In this document: positions 47,508 to 57,340 of the stretch, in pieces | How the letters are laid out: each line of letters opens with the position of its first letter | How positions within the stretch are numbered: the stretch's first letter is position 1 | NCBI GenBank assembly: GCA_046484055.1 | Contig: JAWOBY010000050.1 | Span: 1,232-65,231 of the forward strand | Direction: 5' to 3' | Length of the DNA stretch: 64,000 bases | Source: Candidatus Woesearchaeota archaeon | Lineage (GTDB): Archaea > Nanobdellota > Nanobdellia > Woesearchaeales > UBA12501 | Made by a program: the position numbers and the translations under genes | The notes under the pieces: model-generated | What the model saw: the letters and a program-made list of their open reading frames with translations, nothing else | The model's database searches: none | What the model was told of the DNA's origin: nothing

Positions 47508-48380
47508 TCAGTGCAGCTTAAGAATCTTCCTCAGGCCCATGCTGAAGATTATTGAGAATATTATGTACGTTCCCAGCCATCCGATACCCCAGCCGAATAT
47601 GTTGAGTATGACAAGCTTGCCCTGATCGATTATCACTCCGCTGACTGTCCCGTCGTGCACCTCCTTGATGGGATCCTCGTATCTCACACGGGACACAATC
47701 ACATCCTTGAAGTAGTTCTTTCCATCCACCACGTACTCAATAGTGTACTTACCTGCTTTTCCCTCCAACTCCCAGCCCGCGAAATAGACATCCGTATCAT
47801 CATCAAATACCTTCCCATACCTTCTGGAGGTGAGATAATGGTTATCAAAAGGGAGCTCATCAGGATTGTCCTCCGCGCCTATCATGTTCACATCAGAAGT
47901 CCTGCCTGAGAGCAGTGTGAGGCCTTCAGGCACGATTATCTCGGCCTGCTCGGCAGCATCCTCATCCTCAAAGAAGATATAGGTTGAGAATTTCTCTCCC
48001 GGCGAGACCGGCTCATAGGCGAAATTACCGCTCAGCCATCCGAATATGAGTATTATAGGGATGAATGTGACAAGAGTCGGTTTCATGCTTTGCATCATGT
48101 ACTTCATGTTCTTCTCAAAAGCCTTCTTCTGGACTTCCATCATCTTCTGAGGTTTGTCCCTCAGCTGTTTCATCTCCTTCTGCATGCTCTTGATATCGCT
48201 CTTCAGTGTCTTCATCAGCTCCTGATCAGTCATGTACTTGTAGATTATCGTTATGATCAGGGCCAGTATGAATGAGAGGAGTATTATCGCCACAAGAGGG
48301 TTCAGTTTGAGGAAAGGATCGAGAACAGGGGACAGTACAGAGTCCAGACTATCATAGAATCCCATCTTCAGATCCCCCAT
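47508..48380 (-). CDS. DUF106/EMC3-type (YidC/Oxa1-like) membrane insertase with inserted soluble domain
   Basis: 290 aa. TM1, then a coiled coil (MKTLKSDIKSMQKEMKQLRDKPQKMMEVQKKAFEKNMKYMMQSMKP), then TM2 as in archaeal DUF106. A ~130-aa non-hydrophobic insert precedes the last TM helix. Adjacent to secY. Confidence 0.7.
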   Translation of the reverse strand: MGDLKMGFYDSLDSVLSPVLDPFLKLNPLVAIILLSFILALIITIIYKYMTDQELMKTLKSDIKSMQKEMKQLRDKPQKMMEVQKKAFEKNMKYMMQSMKPTLVTFIPIILIFGWLSGNFAYEPVSPGEKFSTYIFFEDEDAAEQAEIIVPEGLTLLSGRTSDVNMIGAEDNPDELPFDNHYLTSRRYGKVFDDDTDVYFAGWELEGKAGKYTIEYVVDGKNYFKDVIVSRVRYEDPIKEVHDGTVSGVIIDQGKLVILNIFGWGIGWLGTYIIFSIIFSMGLRKILKLH

Positions 48381-48497
48381 ACCTTCAAGTTTTTGCCTGG
48401 TTTGCTCATTCTCATTTTAATCATTTCCAGCAGGCAGCAGTTTCCTGTCCGGCCGCCATAGCTCTAAATTCATATCTCTATAACTATCTCTCTATGA

Positions 48498-49889
48498 TTA
48501 TATCTCTATAAATTTCCTCATCATCGGATGCATGTCATACATGTGCTGTTTGGCGATCTCCTCGTAAAGCTTATAGATTATCATCACAGTCAGCAGCAGC
48601 CCTGTACCCCTGACCAAAGAGCCTGAAAGGTCCGCTATGGCCGCCAGGAACCCTATGCTTATCGCCCCCATGACTGTGAGAGGCCCTATATACCTGTTAA
48701 GCAGGCTCTCCATCACTCTGGGATCCCTCCTGAAGCCGGGTATCTGCAGGCCGGATGACATCATCTGTTTTGCCTGGCTCTTGGCATCCATGCCTGCTGT
48801 CTGCACCCAGAACCAGCTGAATATTATGCACCCGATTATCATTATGACCATGTAAATGAGCCCTTTGCCCACATCAGGGAGCGTGAGACTTCCTTTTATC
48901 AGCTTGCTCACAATATCAGGGGAGTTTATCCAGGCCGCAAGGCCTGTTATGGGGGTATTGCCCTGAAAAGTGCCCAGTATCGGATGGCCCCAGCTCTCAA
49001 GAAGCCTTGCCCACAATTGTATATTCGCCAGCAGCGCAGCGACGAGTATCACAGGTATGTTGCTGGTGTAGATGAAAGCCAGAGGCCATCTCACGCCGTG
49101 CCCCCTCACCCTTCCGAAAGAGAGGGGTATCTCCACCTTCATTGCCTGAGTATACACTGCTATGACGAACACTACTATGGTTGATATTATGCCCGCGATC
49201 ATCAAGGCCGCAGTCACAGGATCCCCTGCAGCGAGGCTCTGGAACAGTGCGGGAATGGCTCCTGCAGATATACTGGGATTGGTCGGGCTGGGGAGCGGGC
49301 TTATGGCCCTTATGAAGAGGCTCTTGGAAACACCCGCCGCGATGAAAAGGCTTATACCTGATCCGAATCCCCACTTGCTCACTATCTCATCCATGAACAT
49401 GATGATTATTCCGCCTATGAAGAGCTGGAAGATGAGGAGCAGCTCCACCTGGAAATACATTCCCGTGCCCCTCAAAGCTTCTGAAGGGGCAAGGCCGCCC
49501 ATAAAGACGTAGACTATGGCCTCAAATATTATGAAGAACAATGATGCCACTTTCTGCCAGCCCTGAAATTTTTTCTTCCCTTCAGTGCTGGAAAGGTCAA
49601 ATCTTATTATGCCTGAGCCGTTCAGCAGCTGCATGACTATGGATGAAGTGACTAAGGGGCCTATGCCGAGAGATATTATCGATCCGAATTCAGCGCCGAG
49701 TATTATAGAAAGGAATTCGAACTGCTGAAGAGAGTTCTCCCCAAGCCCGTACATCGGTATGAGGCCGAGGACAAAGAATAAGGAGAGGATGATACCTGTC
49801 CATTTGAGTTTTTCCTTGAAAGAAAGCTTTTTCTGTGTGGGAGGCTCTATCTCCGGCAGGTTCATCAGAATCTTTTTAAGCATGGACAT
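48498..49889 (-). CDS. secY: preprotein translocase subunit SecY
   Basis: 463 aa with 10 TM helices. LSFKEKLKWTGIILSLFFVL and GIGPLVTSSIVMQLL. At the end of the spc-type cluster. Confidence 0.95.
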   Translation of the reverse strand: MSMLKKILMNLPEIEPPTQKKLSFKEKLKWTGIILSLFFVLGLIPMYGLGENSLQQFEFLSIILGAEFGSIISLGIGPLVTSSIVMQLLNGSGIIRFDLSSTEGKKKFQGWQKVASLFFIIFEAIVYVFMGGLAPSEALRGTGMYFQVELLLIFQLFIGGIIIMFMDEIVSKWGFGSGISLFIAAGVSKSLFIRAISPLPSPTNPSISAGAIPALFQSLAAGDPVTAALMIAGIISTIVVFVIAVYTQAMKVEIPLSFGRVRGHGVRWPLAFIYTSNIPVILVAALLANIQLWARLLESWGHPILGTFQGNTPITGLAAWINSPDIVSKLIKGSLTLPDVGKGLIYMVIMIIGCIIFSWFWVQTAGMDAKSQAKQMMSSGLQIPGFRRDPRVMESLLNRYIGPLTVMGAISIGFLAAIADLSGSLVRGTGLLLTVMIIYKLYEEIAKQHMYDMHPMMRKFIEI

Positions 49890-49909
49890 TTTATCTTATC
49901 ACTGCCATT

Positions 49910-50452
49910 TCACGCCTGCGCGTCCTTTTCAGGCTGTTGGCTTTCCTCTTTTTGCTCTCTGGTCCCGTCCTGGATTTTGTTGCCCTCGCTCGCTTTGCCG
50001 TCATCAATGAGTTCAACATTCCCTCCTGCCTCACTGACCCTTTTCATAGCCTTATCTGTGGTTCTCCCGACCCTGATGGCGAGCTTTGCAGAGATGGTTC
50101 CAGCTCCTGTGAGCTTGTCATACCCCATCTGCTCGAGGTCCACCCTGTATTCACCGTTCTTGGATTCCGCCTTACCATCCTTGACCCAGGTATCGAGCTT
50201 TTCCCCTATCGTTCTCAGGTTGATTGACACTGAGGGCTTCTTGTTCTTTTTCTTGAATCCATGGACACCAAAGTATTTCTTCTGTTTCCATATCATGGGC
50301 TTCTTGGCATCACCTCTCTTGCCTGAGCCGGCCATGCCTCTGCCCCCCCTGTTTCCGGCCCCTCTTCTCTTCTTCATGGAGCCGCACCCATGGGTCTTGG
50401 ATCCCCTGTATATGGTGACTTTCTTTCTTCTTTTGGCTGTCATATCTCTCAC
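49910..50452 (-). CDS. rpl15: 50S ribosomal protein L15 (uL15)
   Basis: 180 aa. RGSKTHGCGSMKKRRGAGNRGGRGMAGSGKRG. Confidence 0.9.
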   Translation of the reverse strand: MRDMTAKRRKKVTIYRGSKTHGCGSMKKRRGAGNRGGRGMAGSGKRGDAKKPMIWKQKKYFGVHGFKKKNKKPSVSINLRTIGEKLDTWVKDGKAESKNGEYRVDLEQMGYDKLTGAGTISAKLAIRVGRTTDKAMKRVSEAGGNVELIDDGKASEGNKIQDGTREQKEESQQPEKDAQA

Positions 50453-50548
50453 TTCCGGAACAATATGATATTTCTCAGTTATTGTGTTTCAGTTTTTATG
50501 GTGTTTTTGGTCTGCTCGAAGTTTGATCATTGTATGATCCCCTGTCCT

Positions 50549-51052
50549 TCACACCATCCTCTTCAGCAGGTCGTTTATCATCTCCCCCCTATATCCGAGG
50601 GCCCCTCCCTTTGAGAATGGTGATTTAGTGCCTCCCCTCTCAAAGCCTTTTTTGGGGGGGTGCAGGCTGAAGAATGGTTTTGTCCTCTCGGGGTTTTTCG
50701 GGTTCTTCTTCCCCCTCTTATCTATAAGGAGTTTGAGGGTCTGGTCATCAATCTCCCCCCAGGTGACATAATCCTTCACTTTCTTTACTCTTCCGATATT
50801 GGATGGAGTGGATTCGATTACCACGCATGTATTCTTTTTCCTGAGCCTCAACATATCAAGAGTGTCCTTTATCTCCTTATCAATGTTGATGAGGCTGCGT
50901 ATCAGGACTACTGCTATCATGTTCTCTCCTTTCATGGCATCGCCCTTATCATTCTTCCCGCTCTGTTTCCCTGATGCCGCGCCGCTCTTCTGCGCCGCTC
51001 CATCCTTCTTTTGTGATTCTTCTGCCATTTTAAGATTTACCGCAATATTCAC
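50549..51052 (-). CDS. rpl30: 50S ribosomal protein L30 (uL30)
   Basis: 167 aa. IAVVLIRSLINIDKEIKDTLDMLRLRKKNTCVV. Low-complexity N-terminal extension. Confidence 0.9.
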   Translation of the reverse strand: MNIAVNLKMAEESQKKDGAAQKSGAASGKQSGKNDKGDAMKGENMIAVVLIRSLINIDKEIKDTLDMLRLRKKNTCVVIESTPSNIGRVKKVKDYVTWGEIDDQTLKLLIDKRGKKNPKNPERTKPFFSLHPPKKGFERGGTKSPFSKGGALGYRGEMINDLLKRMV

Positions 51053-52026
51053 TGGGCTGCCTCTTCCCCTCCTTCAGGCATGCCATATTTTTTTGTCTCT
51101 CCTTCCCTCATGCCCAGTTTTTCCGCTGTGCCGGGAAGAACTTTGACTTCCATGAGTTTCTGGAGGGCCCTGTAGCAGGCGATTATCAGATTGACCTTTG
51201 TGCCTGTCTGCCCCCTTGTCTTTGACCATATATCCTTTATGCCTGCGAGCGAGAGTATTTTCTGGCATTCCTTCTCTACACAGAGGCCTTTTCCTTTGGG
51301 TGCGGGCATCAGCCTCATGACTGCTGAACCGCATTTGCCCTCCACAGCGAAAGGTATTGAGTGGGGATTGTTGCAGCCGCATCTCCATTCTCCGCATCCT
51401 CTCCTAACTTTTATGAGATTCAGTTTTGACTGTTTGAAAGCTTTTTCCCTTGCGGGCACGGTCTCTTTCGCCTTGCCATAACCCAGCCCGACAATGCCAT
51501 CCTTGTTGCCTGATACAGCGAATGTCGCGAATTTGGGCTTGTTGCCTTCCTGGGTCTTCTTCTGTGTCTGCTTGAACACTCTTCTCTGCCCTCCCCCAAA
51601 TTTTCCTTTTGACTGGCCGATCAGGAGAAGGTCTGACTCAAGGTCAGGCATCAATGCATCGACTATCTCTACTTCTCTTATTTTCCTGCCGCTGTCAAGG
51701 GCCTCTCCTATGGATGTTATTTCACCGTCAAGAACCTGCTTGCCAACTTTTGTCTTGGGCTGCCAGCCCTCCACCTCTTTTGAGGTGTCCTTTTTCGGGA
51801 CTTCATCCTCAGGGATTGGTTTTACGGCCTCTTCAGTTTTCTCAGTCTCAATTTCCCCTTCCTGTATCTCCTTTTCGATATCTGCAGGGGTTTTCGCGTC
51901 TGCCTCCTGAGAGTTATCAGATTCAGGGGCCTCCTGTACCTCTTCCTGAGCTTTTTCCGGAGCCTCTTTCGGAGCCTCTTTCGGAGCCTTCTCCGCTTCT
52001 TCCTTTGTTTCTTTTTCGTCTGCCAT
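51049..52026 (-). CDS. rps5: 30S ribosomal protein S5 (uS5) with charged N-terminal extension
   Basis: 325 aa. FATFAVSGNKDGIVGLGYGKAKETVPAREKA and GKCGSAVMRLMPAPKGKGL. The first ~85 aa are E/K/A-rich. Confidence 0.95.
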   Translation of the reverse strand: MADEKETKEEAEKAPKEAPKEAPEKAQEEVQEAPESDNSQEADAKTPADIEKEIQEGEIETEKTEEAVKPIPEDEVPKKDTSKEVEGWQPKTKVGKQVLDGEITSIGEALDSGRKIREVEIVDALMPDLESDLLLIGQSKGKFGGGQRRVFKQTQKKTQEGNKPKFATFAVSGNKDGIVGLGYGKAKETVPAREKAFKQSKLNLIKVRRGCGEWRCGCNNPHSIPFAVEGKCGSAVMRLMPAPKGKGLCVEKECQKILSLAGIKDIWSKTRGQTGTKVNLIIACYRALQKLMEVKVLPGTAEKLGMREGETKKYGMPEGGEEAAQ

Positions 52027-52036
52027 TTTATCCGTT

Positions 52037-52612
52037 CTATTCTTTCATTATGCTGTTTTTGGTCTGCTCGAATGATTCAGTGATCTTTTCAGGCTGGATG
52101 TTGTTCTTGAGGTGCGCTGAAAACTGTTTTTTGTAGGCCGTATCATCCTTTTTAAGGTTTTCCGCATACGATTTTATGTGGTCTCCCCTTATCCTTTCAT
52201 CAGGGGGGAATGACTCTTCTGAAGCGGGTACATCAAGGCCTGAATCCACAGCGCCTTTGACTGCTGCAAACAATCTTGAGCGTTTGACTGACTGCTGGAG
52301 GCCTATGTCGAATACCGCTTTTTCCACATTGTTCTTCTTCGCTTTCCTGCCCGCCAGCACGCCGGTGAGGTATGCGGCTACGATATTGCCTTTTGAGTGT
52401 TTGTATCCGTACTTCTCCAGCTCTCTTGTATCCGCGCTGGCTATCACCCTGTCGCCTTCAGGGGCGTAATCTATTATCTGGACGATTATGTTTTTCAGTG
52501 ATTTGCGTACGACAAGCCTTTTTTCCCTTGATTTCAGCAGGGTGAGCCTCTTATGGTAATCAGTGCGGCTTTTCCTCTTCCTTTTCATCGGTACTGTTTT
52601 TGCTTTTGCCAT
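52037..52612 (-). CDS. rpl18: 50S ribosomal protein L18 (uL18)
   Basis: 191 aa. KRKRKSRTDYHKRLTLLKSREKRLVVRKSLKNIIVQI. Confidence 0.95.
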   Translation of the reverse strand: MAKAKTVPMKRKRKSRTDYHKRLTLLKSREKRLVVRKSLKNIIVQIIDYAPEGDRVIASADTRELEKYGYKHSKGNIVAAYLTGVLAGRKAKKNNVEKAVFDIGLQQSVKRSRLFAAVKGAVDSGLDVPASEESFPPDERIRGDHIKSYAENLKKDDTAYKKQFSAHLKNNIQPEKITESFEQTKNSIMKE

Positions 52613-52701
52613 TTTGTATCAGTGTGATGTATTGTCTGTATTTTTGGGCTTGTTGTTCAGTATGGTGTCTGATGATATGCTGGCCATATCATGTGCGAGC
52701 A

Positions 52702-53154
52702 TCATTTGCTCTTTGAAAGCCCCCTTTCATCTATGAAAAGCTTTATGTGCCTCCTGCTCCTGAAGAACCCTCCCTTGCACTTGAGGTAAAGATTCCTGTA
52801 AGTGTTCCTCGATATCTTCTCAGTATCCCTCAGGTAGCGTATCAGGCCCCTCTGGGCCCTTATGGCGTTGGTCCAAAACTCTTTCTTGCTGAGCCTTGCG
52901 GTGGATCTCCCTTTCCTTGTGCCCTGGCCTTTTCTCCTTCCTTTCCTTTTCTGGACTGCATCCTTCCTGGCCCTTGTTCTTGATGCTGATTTGACAGGTT
53001 TGATCTGGATGAGCCCCTTGTTTATGGATGCCCTTATGTCTGCTTTGGTTATGGCCTCTTTTATCTCATCCAGATGGTTCTCATCAAACCATACCTTTTT
53101 GGGCGAGCATTTGAGCATCCCTGCCGCGAGCCTTTTCTGGAGTTTGAGTTCCAT
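52702..53154 (-). CDS. rpl19e: 50S ribosomal protein L19e
   Basis: 150 aa. LKLQKRLAAGMLKCSPKKVWFD. Confidence 0.95.
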   Translation of the reverse strand: MELKLQKRLAAGMLKCSPKKVWFDENHLDEIKEAITKADIRASINKGLIQIKPVKSASRTRARKDAVQKRKGRRKGQGTRKGRSTARLSKKEFWTNAIRAQRGLIRYLRDTEKISRNTYRNLYLKCKGGFFRSRRHIKLFIDERGLSKSK

Positions 53155-53201
53155 TTTTACCTCATTATGTTTCTTTGATCATTGATATTGGGGGTTGTGA
53201 T

Positions 53202-53795
53202 TCATGATCTCTTCGTGAGCATCTTGTCCTGCTCTTTCTTATCCTGTTCTTTTTTCTCCTCATCGCTCAGTGTCTCCTCAAGTTTCTTTTCCTTCTCTTT
53301 CTCTTCAGCCTTCTTCTTCAGTTCCTCTTTCTTCTTTTTCTTTGTCTCTTCTTTGGCTGCTTTGCTCTCTTTCTTCTTCTTCATTTCCTCTTCCGCCTGT
53401 TTGATGTACTCTGAAGGATCCTTTATGTTGAGGACTGTGATCTTGTTCTTTACGGCCTCTTCGAGTATGGCGAGCTTCTTCCTTTTTCCTGTACCTGAGG
53501 AGATAAGGATCCCCTGCTTTGAGGTGTCTATGCCCTTAAGCTGCTGGGGGTTGCTCACCAGCACCATGTCGAGGCCTTCCCTGCTCTTTCCCTTGACCTG
53601 TGCGGGTGAGCCGTAACCCGGCTTAACCTTCCTGCTGTGGCCTTTCCTGCCGAGTCTCATCTTTGAATGCAGGCCTTTCGGTTTCCTCCATCTCTCCTCT
53701 ATGCCTATCTTCTTGTGGATGGACTGCCTGACAAAATCAGGTTTCCGGCTCTTGGCCTTCTTTCGTTTTTCCATTGCCTCTTTCATGCCCGCCAT
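53202..53795 (-). CDS. rpl32e: 50S ribosomal protein L32e with Lys/Glu-rich C-terminal extension
   Basis: 197 aa. RWRKPKGLHSKMRLGRKGH and KPGYGSPAQVKG. The last ~65 aa are K/E low complexity. Confidence 0.9.
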   Translation of the reverse strand: MAGMKEAMEKRKKAKSRKPDFVRQSIHKKIGIEERWRKPKGLHSKMRLGRKGHSRKVKPGYGSPAQVKGKSREGLDMVLVSNPQQLKGIDTSKQGILISSGTGKRKKLAILEEAVKNKITVLNIKDPSEYIKQAEEEMKKKKESKAAKEETKKKKKEELKKKAEEKEKEKKLEETLSDEEKKEQDKKEQDKMLTKRS

Positions 53796-53896
53796 TTTAT
53801 CCTTGTTCCTTATGATTCCATATTGGTTGTTTCCTGCTTATTAGGGTGGTTCCGCTTCAGATGATCAACATCAATCATGATCATCACCCACCATTA

Positions 53897-54448
53897 TCAT
53901 TTCGCCACTGGCTTGCCGTCCTTCTCTGTTATATATATGCCGTCCTGGAATATCCTCTTGTCCCTTCCTTTGATCGATGTCAGCTTCTCTATGTTCGCTG
54001 CAGTCTGCCCCGCCGCCTCCTTGTTTATGGACTCCACTACCACCTCGGAACCGTCGATCTTCACTTCGACATCGTCCCCCACGCTCATCGTCCTGGGTAG
54101 TTTCTCTCCCAGGAAATTCTTCACAGTGAACTGCCCTTTCTCCATTGAGACGTTCATCGGGAAATGCCCTGAGCATATCTTAAGCTTGTATGAGTGCCCT
54201 TCGGAGACACCTTTTATCATGTTGTTTATGTGGGCCCTGAAAGTGCCCATCACTTTCTTCTCTCTTTTTGTGGCATTTGATGCTGACAGTGATATCTTAT
54301 TGTCCTTTCTCTCTATCCTTATCTTGGGATGCCTGAAAACCCTCTTCAGCTCCCCCTTGGAGCCCTTTGTACTCACAGCGGGCCCTTCTATGGAGATTTC
54401 GACTCCTTCCGGGATTTCAACCGTCTCATCCGTCATATCTGATCCCAT
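53897..54448 (-). CDS. rpl6: 50S ribosomal protein L6 (uL6)
   Basis: 183 aa. Two-domain L6 pattern (GTFRAHINNMIKGVSEGHSYKLKICSGHFPMNV). Confidence 0.95.
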   Translation of the reverse strand: MGSDMTDETVEIPEGVEISIEGPAVSTKGSKGELKRVFRHPKIRIERKDNKISLSASNATKREKKVMGTFRAHINNMIKGVSEGHSYKLKICSGHFPMNVSMEKGQFTVKNFLGEKLPRTMSVGDDVEVKIDGSEVVVESINKEAAGQTAANIEKLTSIKGRDKRIFQDGIYITEKDGKPVAK

Positions 54449-54449
54449 T

Positions 54450-54848
54450 TTAGTAACAGTATGCCAGCAGCACTCCCCCTATTCTCTTTTCCTTGGCCTC
54501 TTCATGGCTCATTATTCCTTTTGATGTTGATATTATAAGTATCCCGAAATCCTTTGCAGGAAGATATCTCTGCTCGAATTTCTCGTAATCCTCGTTCTTC
54601 ACGAAGTATCTGGGCTTTACCGCGCCGCACCTGTTTATCTTACCAAGGAGGTTCACTTTCAGGTACCCACCTCTGCCGTCTTCCTCCTCTTCTGAACTGC
54701 CAAGGTGATGTTTCTCATTCATTATCCTCAAAACTTCCTTTATCACCCTTGACTGTGGCTTTATCCTGCATTCCTGTTTTCCGCTTTTCTCGTAATTGTT
54801 GATTACGGATAACGCGTTGGCTAATGGGTCGTTCAATGACATTTTCAC
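54450..54848 (-). CDS. rps8: 30S ribosomal protein S8 (uS8)
   Basis: 132 aa. DPLANALSVINNYEKSGK and GILIISTSKGIMSHEEAKEKRIGG. Confidence 0.95.
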   Translation of the reverse strand: MKMSLNDPLANALSVINNYEKSGKQECRIKPQSRVIKEVLRIMNEKHHLGSSEEEEDGRGGYLKVNLLGKINRCGAVKPRYFVKNEDYEKFEQRYLPAKDFGILIISTSKGIMSHEEAKEKRIGGVLLAYCY

Positions 54849-54936
54849 ACCTTTATATGTTCACACTGCATCCTTGCTGTTGCACATCCAGTTTGATATT
54901 CATTTTTATTGTATCCTGTTGTATCCAGATTCTCAT

Positions 54937-55167
54937 TCACACATACTTTTTGAAGCCGATCTTTGAAGCTATCTCCCTGAAGCACTGCCTGCAGAAGTTC
55001 AGGCCGTATTTGCTTATGTGGGCCCTTGTCCTACCGCACCGCCTGCATCTCATCCTGTTGATTCCGCAGCTCCTCTCCTTGGGAGTGTTGTGTTTCTTGT
55101 ATTTCTTCAGCTTCAGAGGTTTCACGTTGAGCTGCTTGAAAGTCTTGTCGTAGCTGCTGTAACTCAT
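54937..55167 (-). CDS. rps14: 30S ribosomal protein S14 (uS14, zinc-ribbon type)
   Basis: 76 aa. [25 protein letters not shown]. The start may be internal. Confidence 0.9.
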   Translation of the reverse strand: MSYSSYDKTFKQLNVKPLKLKKYKKHNTPKERSCGINRMRCRRCGRTRAHISKYGLNFCRQCFREIASKIGFKKYV

Positions 55168-55679
55168 TCTTCCTCACCTATCTTAACGTTAAATTTTGAT
55201 TTCATGTATTCCATCGCCTCTTCCCTGCTTATTTTGTGGCTTCCTGAAATCTTCGCCGATCTCAATTTCCTTCTCTTCACCCTGAATCCCGGCCTTTCAA
55301 GTGTTATGCAGATCTGGAGGCCCATTATCCCTATATCAGGATCATAATTCATTCCTTTTATATCAATGTACTCCGGAATCCCTATCGAGACTGTCCCTGT
55401 CTCGTCAAAGTTGTTCTCCGTCAGGGTGTGGGATTTAGCATCCAGTATCCTGTCTATCAGTTCAACCGCTGCATCCTTTCTTACGGTGACCTTGCACCCT
55501 ACAGGAAGCCCAGGTCTGGCGCCCCATGAGGGTATTCTCTTGTGGGTCACTGTCTTAACAGGTTTTGCATTTGTAAGGGAGTTGAGCAGTTTCATGCCCT
55601 TCTCGAGCAGAGACTGGTCTGTCCCCGTCCCCACGTTGAGTGTGGCTTTCTCGATCCTCAGTCCTTTCATTGGATTCAT
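55164..55679 (-). CDS. rpl5: 50S ribosomal protein L5 (uL5)
   Basis: 171 aa. [16 protein letters not shown] and [15 protein letters not shown]. Confidence 0.95.
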   Translation of the reverse strand: MNPMKGLRIEKATLNVGTGTDQSLLEKGMKLLNSLTNAKPVKTVTHKRIPSWGARPGLPVGCKVTVRKDAAVELIDRILDAKSHTLTENNFDETGTVSIGIPEYIDIKGMNYDPDIGIMGLQICITLERPGFRVKRRKLRSAKISGSHKISREEAMEYMKSKFNVKIGEEE

Positions 55680-55692
55680 AATGTCAGTGCAC

Positions 55693-56406
55693 TCATTCCT
55701 TTTCTTTCTTCTGTTCTCCCTGCCCCATGCTTACCGCGGGCTTGTCTTTCCCTATCGCGAATGCGTATGATTTGAGCGTCTCATACTCCTGATCCGATTT
55801 TATCCTTATGTTCCTCCCTTCAACATCCTGGACCTTGCCGGTGTCACCTATGTGTTTCCCGCCTATCATGTAGGCTGTACTGCCTTTTTCAAGCCTGATA
55901 TGCTCCTTTATCTCCTGCCCTGGGAGTGAGAGCATGATAGTGTCACCCACTTTATAATCATCTTTCTTCACCCTTACGGCCCTTCCGTCCATGGTGTTCA
56001 GCTGTGTCACTCCTCCGCTGATCTTTGTCTTGCCTTTTATCCTTGAAGGTTTTATTGAGGCCTCATCATCATTTATCCTGACCGCTGTAAGCTTGCCCCT
56101 GCTGTTGAGCAGCAGCCTGTAGTTCTCACCAGTTTCCTTTATGCTGATGGTGTCCATCAGCCCTATAATATGTCTTGTGTCCTTTCTTTTCTTTCCGTCA
56201 ACCAGCAGGTTCTTATTGTTCAGTATTATCCTTGCTTCTCTCTTTGTCTTGGCGCATTTTATGAGGTCAGTCATCACAGTGGAGAGTGGCATCCCAAACC
56301 TCATCTTGTGGGCCCCTGGTTTCGGCCGGGTCATGAACTTATTCTTTTTCCTGCGCACAGCCCAGGTGTTTGGGGCCGCAATCGTCTTAAGATGTTGTTT
56401 TGCCAT
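55693..56406 (-). CDS. rps4e: 30S ribosomal protein S4e
   Basis: 237 aa. KQHLKTIAAPNTWAVRRKKNKFMTRPKPGAHK. Confidence 0.95.
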   Translation of the reverse strand: MAKQHLKTIAAPNTWAVRRKKNKFMTRPKPGAHKMRFGMPLSTVMTDLIKCAKTKREARIILNNKNLLVDGKKRKDTRHIIGLMDTISIKETGENYRLLLNSRGKLTAVRINDDEASIKPSRIKGKTKISGGVTQLNTMDGRAVRVKKDDYKVGDTIMLSLPGQEIKEHIRLEKGSTAYMIGGKHIGDTGKVQDVEGRNIRIKSDQEYETLKSYAFAIGKDKPAVSMGQGEQKKEKE

Positions 56407-56410
56407 TTTA

Positions 56411-56806
56411 TCATTCCCTGGTCTTTTTTGTAAGCTTGTTCTCCCTTCTCTTATCGCTGAGCTCAGGCTCTGTTATCATCAGGTTCGATATTCTGAAGGA
56501 GGGTTTCACTTTTGAGCCGTCCTTTTTTGTGATCTCTATGCCTTCTATGGTGGCCCTCAGTTTCTTGGTGTCGACCATGTCGATCTTGCCTGTCTTGTTT
56601 CTTGATGATCCTCTCATGACTTTTACCTTGTCGCCTGATCTGAGAGGGAGCGACCTTCTCCCATGCTTATTCCTCAGTTCAGGGGACAGGTGGCATCCTG
56701 CCATGCTGTTCCTGGCGTGGAAGGGAGCGTTGTACAGGTATTTCCTCTGCTTGCGGGGGTTCCTGCTGCTCTTCCATGAGTTTGACCATTCTTTTTCTTG
56801 TTTCAT
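56411..56806 (-). CDS. rpl24: 50S ribosomal protein L24 (uL24)
   Basis: 131 aa. KOW motif LRSGDKVKVMRGSSRNKTGKI. Confidence 0.9.
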   Translation of the reverse strand: MKQEKEWSNSWKSSRNPRKQRKYLYNAPFHARNSMAGCHLSPELRNKHGRRSLPLRSGDKVKVMRGSSRNKTGKIDMVDTKKLRATIEGIEITKKDGSKVKPSFRISNLMITEPELSDKRRENKLTKKTRE

Positions 56807-56932
56807 TTTGACTGTTCTGCCCTTTCTATGTCATGATTGTGTGCTTTCGCATCATGGATAATGATTCCGGTTTTCCTGTATACCTTATGTATCCTCATGG
56901 TTGTTGATTCATTCCTGTCATGCCTGAAGCGA

Positions 56933-57340
56933 TCATACGATTATGCTGGCTATCTTGGCGACTCCTGACCACCTATCACATGCCTCCTTTGCGATGGGCC
57001 CTTTTGATAATGTGCCTTTGGGGTTGCCTTTCTCGTCCTTTGACACTATGGCCGCATTGTCCTCGAATTTTATCCTTGAACCATCAGGCCTCCTGTACTC
57101 TTTTCTTTGGCGGACTATTATCGAGAAAACGACCTGTTTCCTCATGTCCTGCCTTCCCTTCACCACGCTGGCCATGCACATGTCTCCGATCCCTGCGGCC
57201 TGGCGCCTTCCCTTGACCGTCTTCTGGCCGAGGACTGAAAATATCTTTATCACCTTGGCGCCTGAATTGTCGCAGGTGTCCACCATGCTGCCAACCGGGA
57301 TGCCCCTTGTTATGCTCGCTTTTACTGCCTTCATGATCAT
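56933..57340 (-). CDS. rpl14: 50S ribosomal protein L14 (uL14)
   Basis: 135 aa. CDNSGAKVIKIFSVLG and RPDGSRIKFEDNAAI. Confidence 0.95.
   Translation of the reverse strand: MIMKAVKASITRGIPVGSMVDTCDNSGAKVIKIFSVLGQKTVKGRRQAAGIGDMCMASVVKGRQDMRKQVVFSIIVRQRKEYRRPDGSRIKFEDNAAIVSKDEKGNPKGTLSKGPIAKEACDRWSGVAKIASIIV

Noticed and set aside
53182-53616. 144-aa plus-strand ORF rich in Ser/Phe/Leu
   Set aside because: It is antisense to the Lys/Glu-rich tail of L32e, a compositional artefact.
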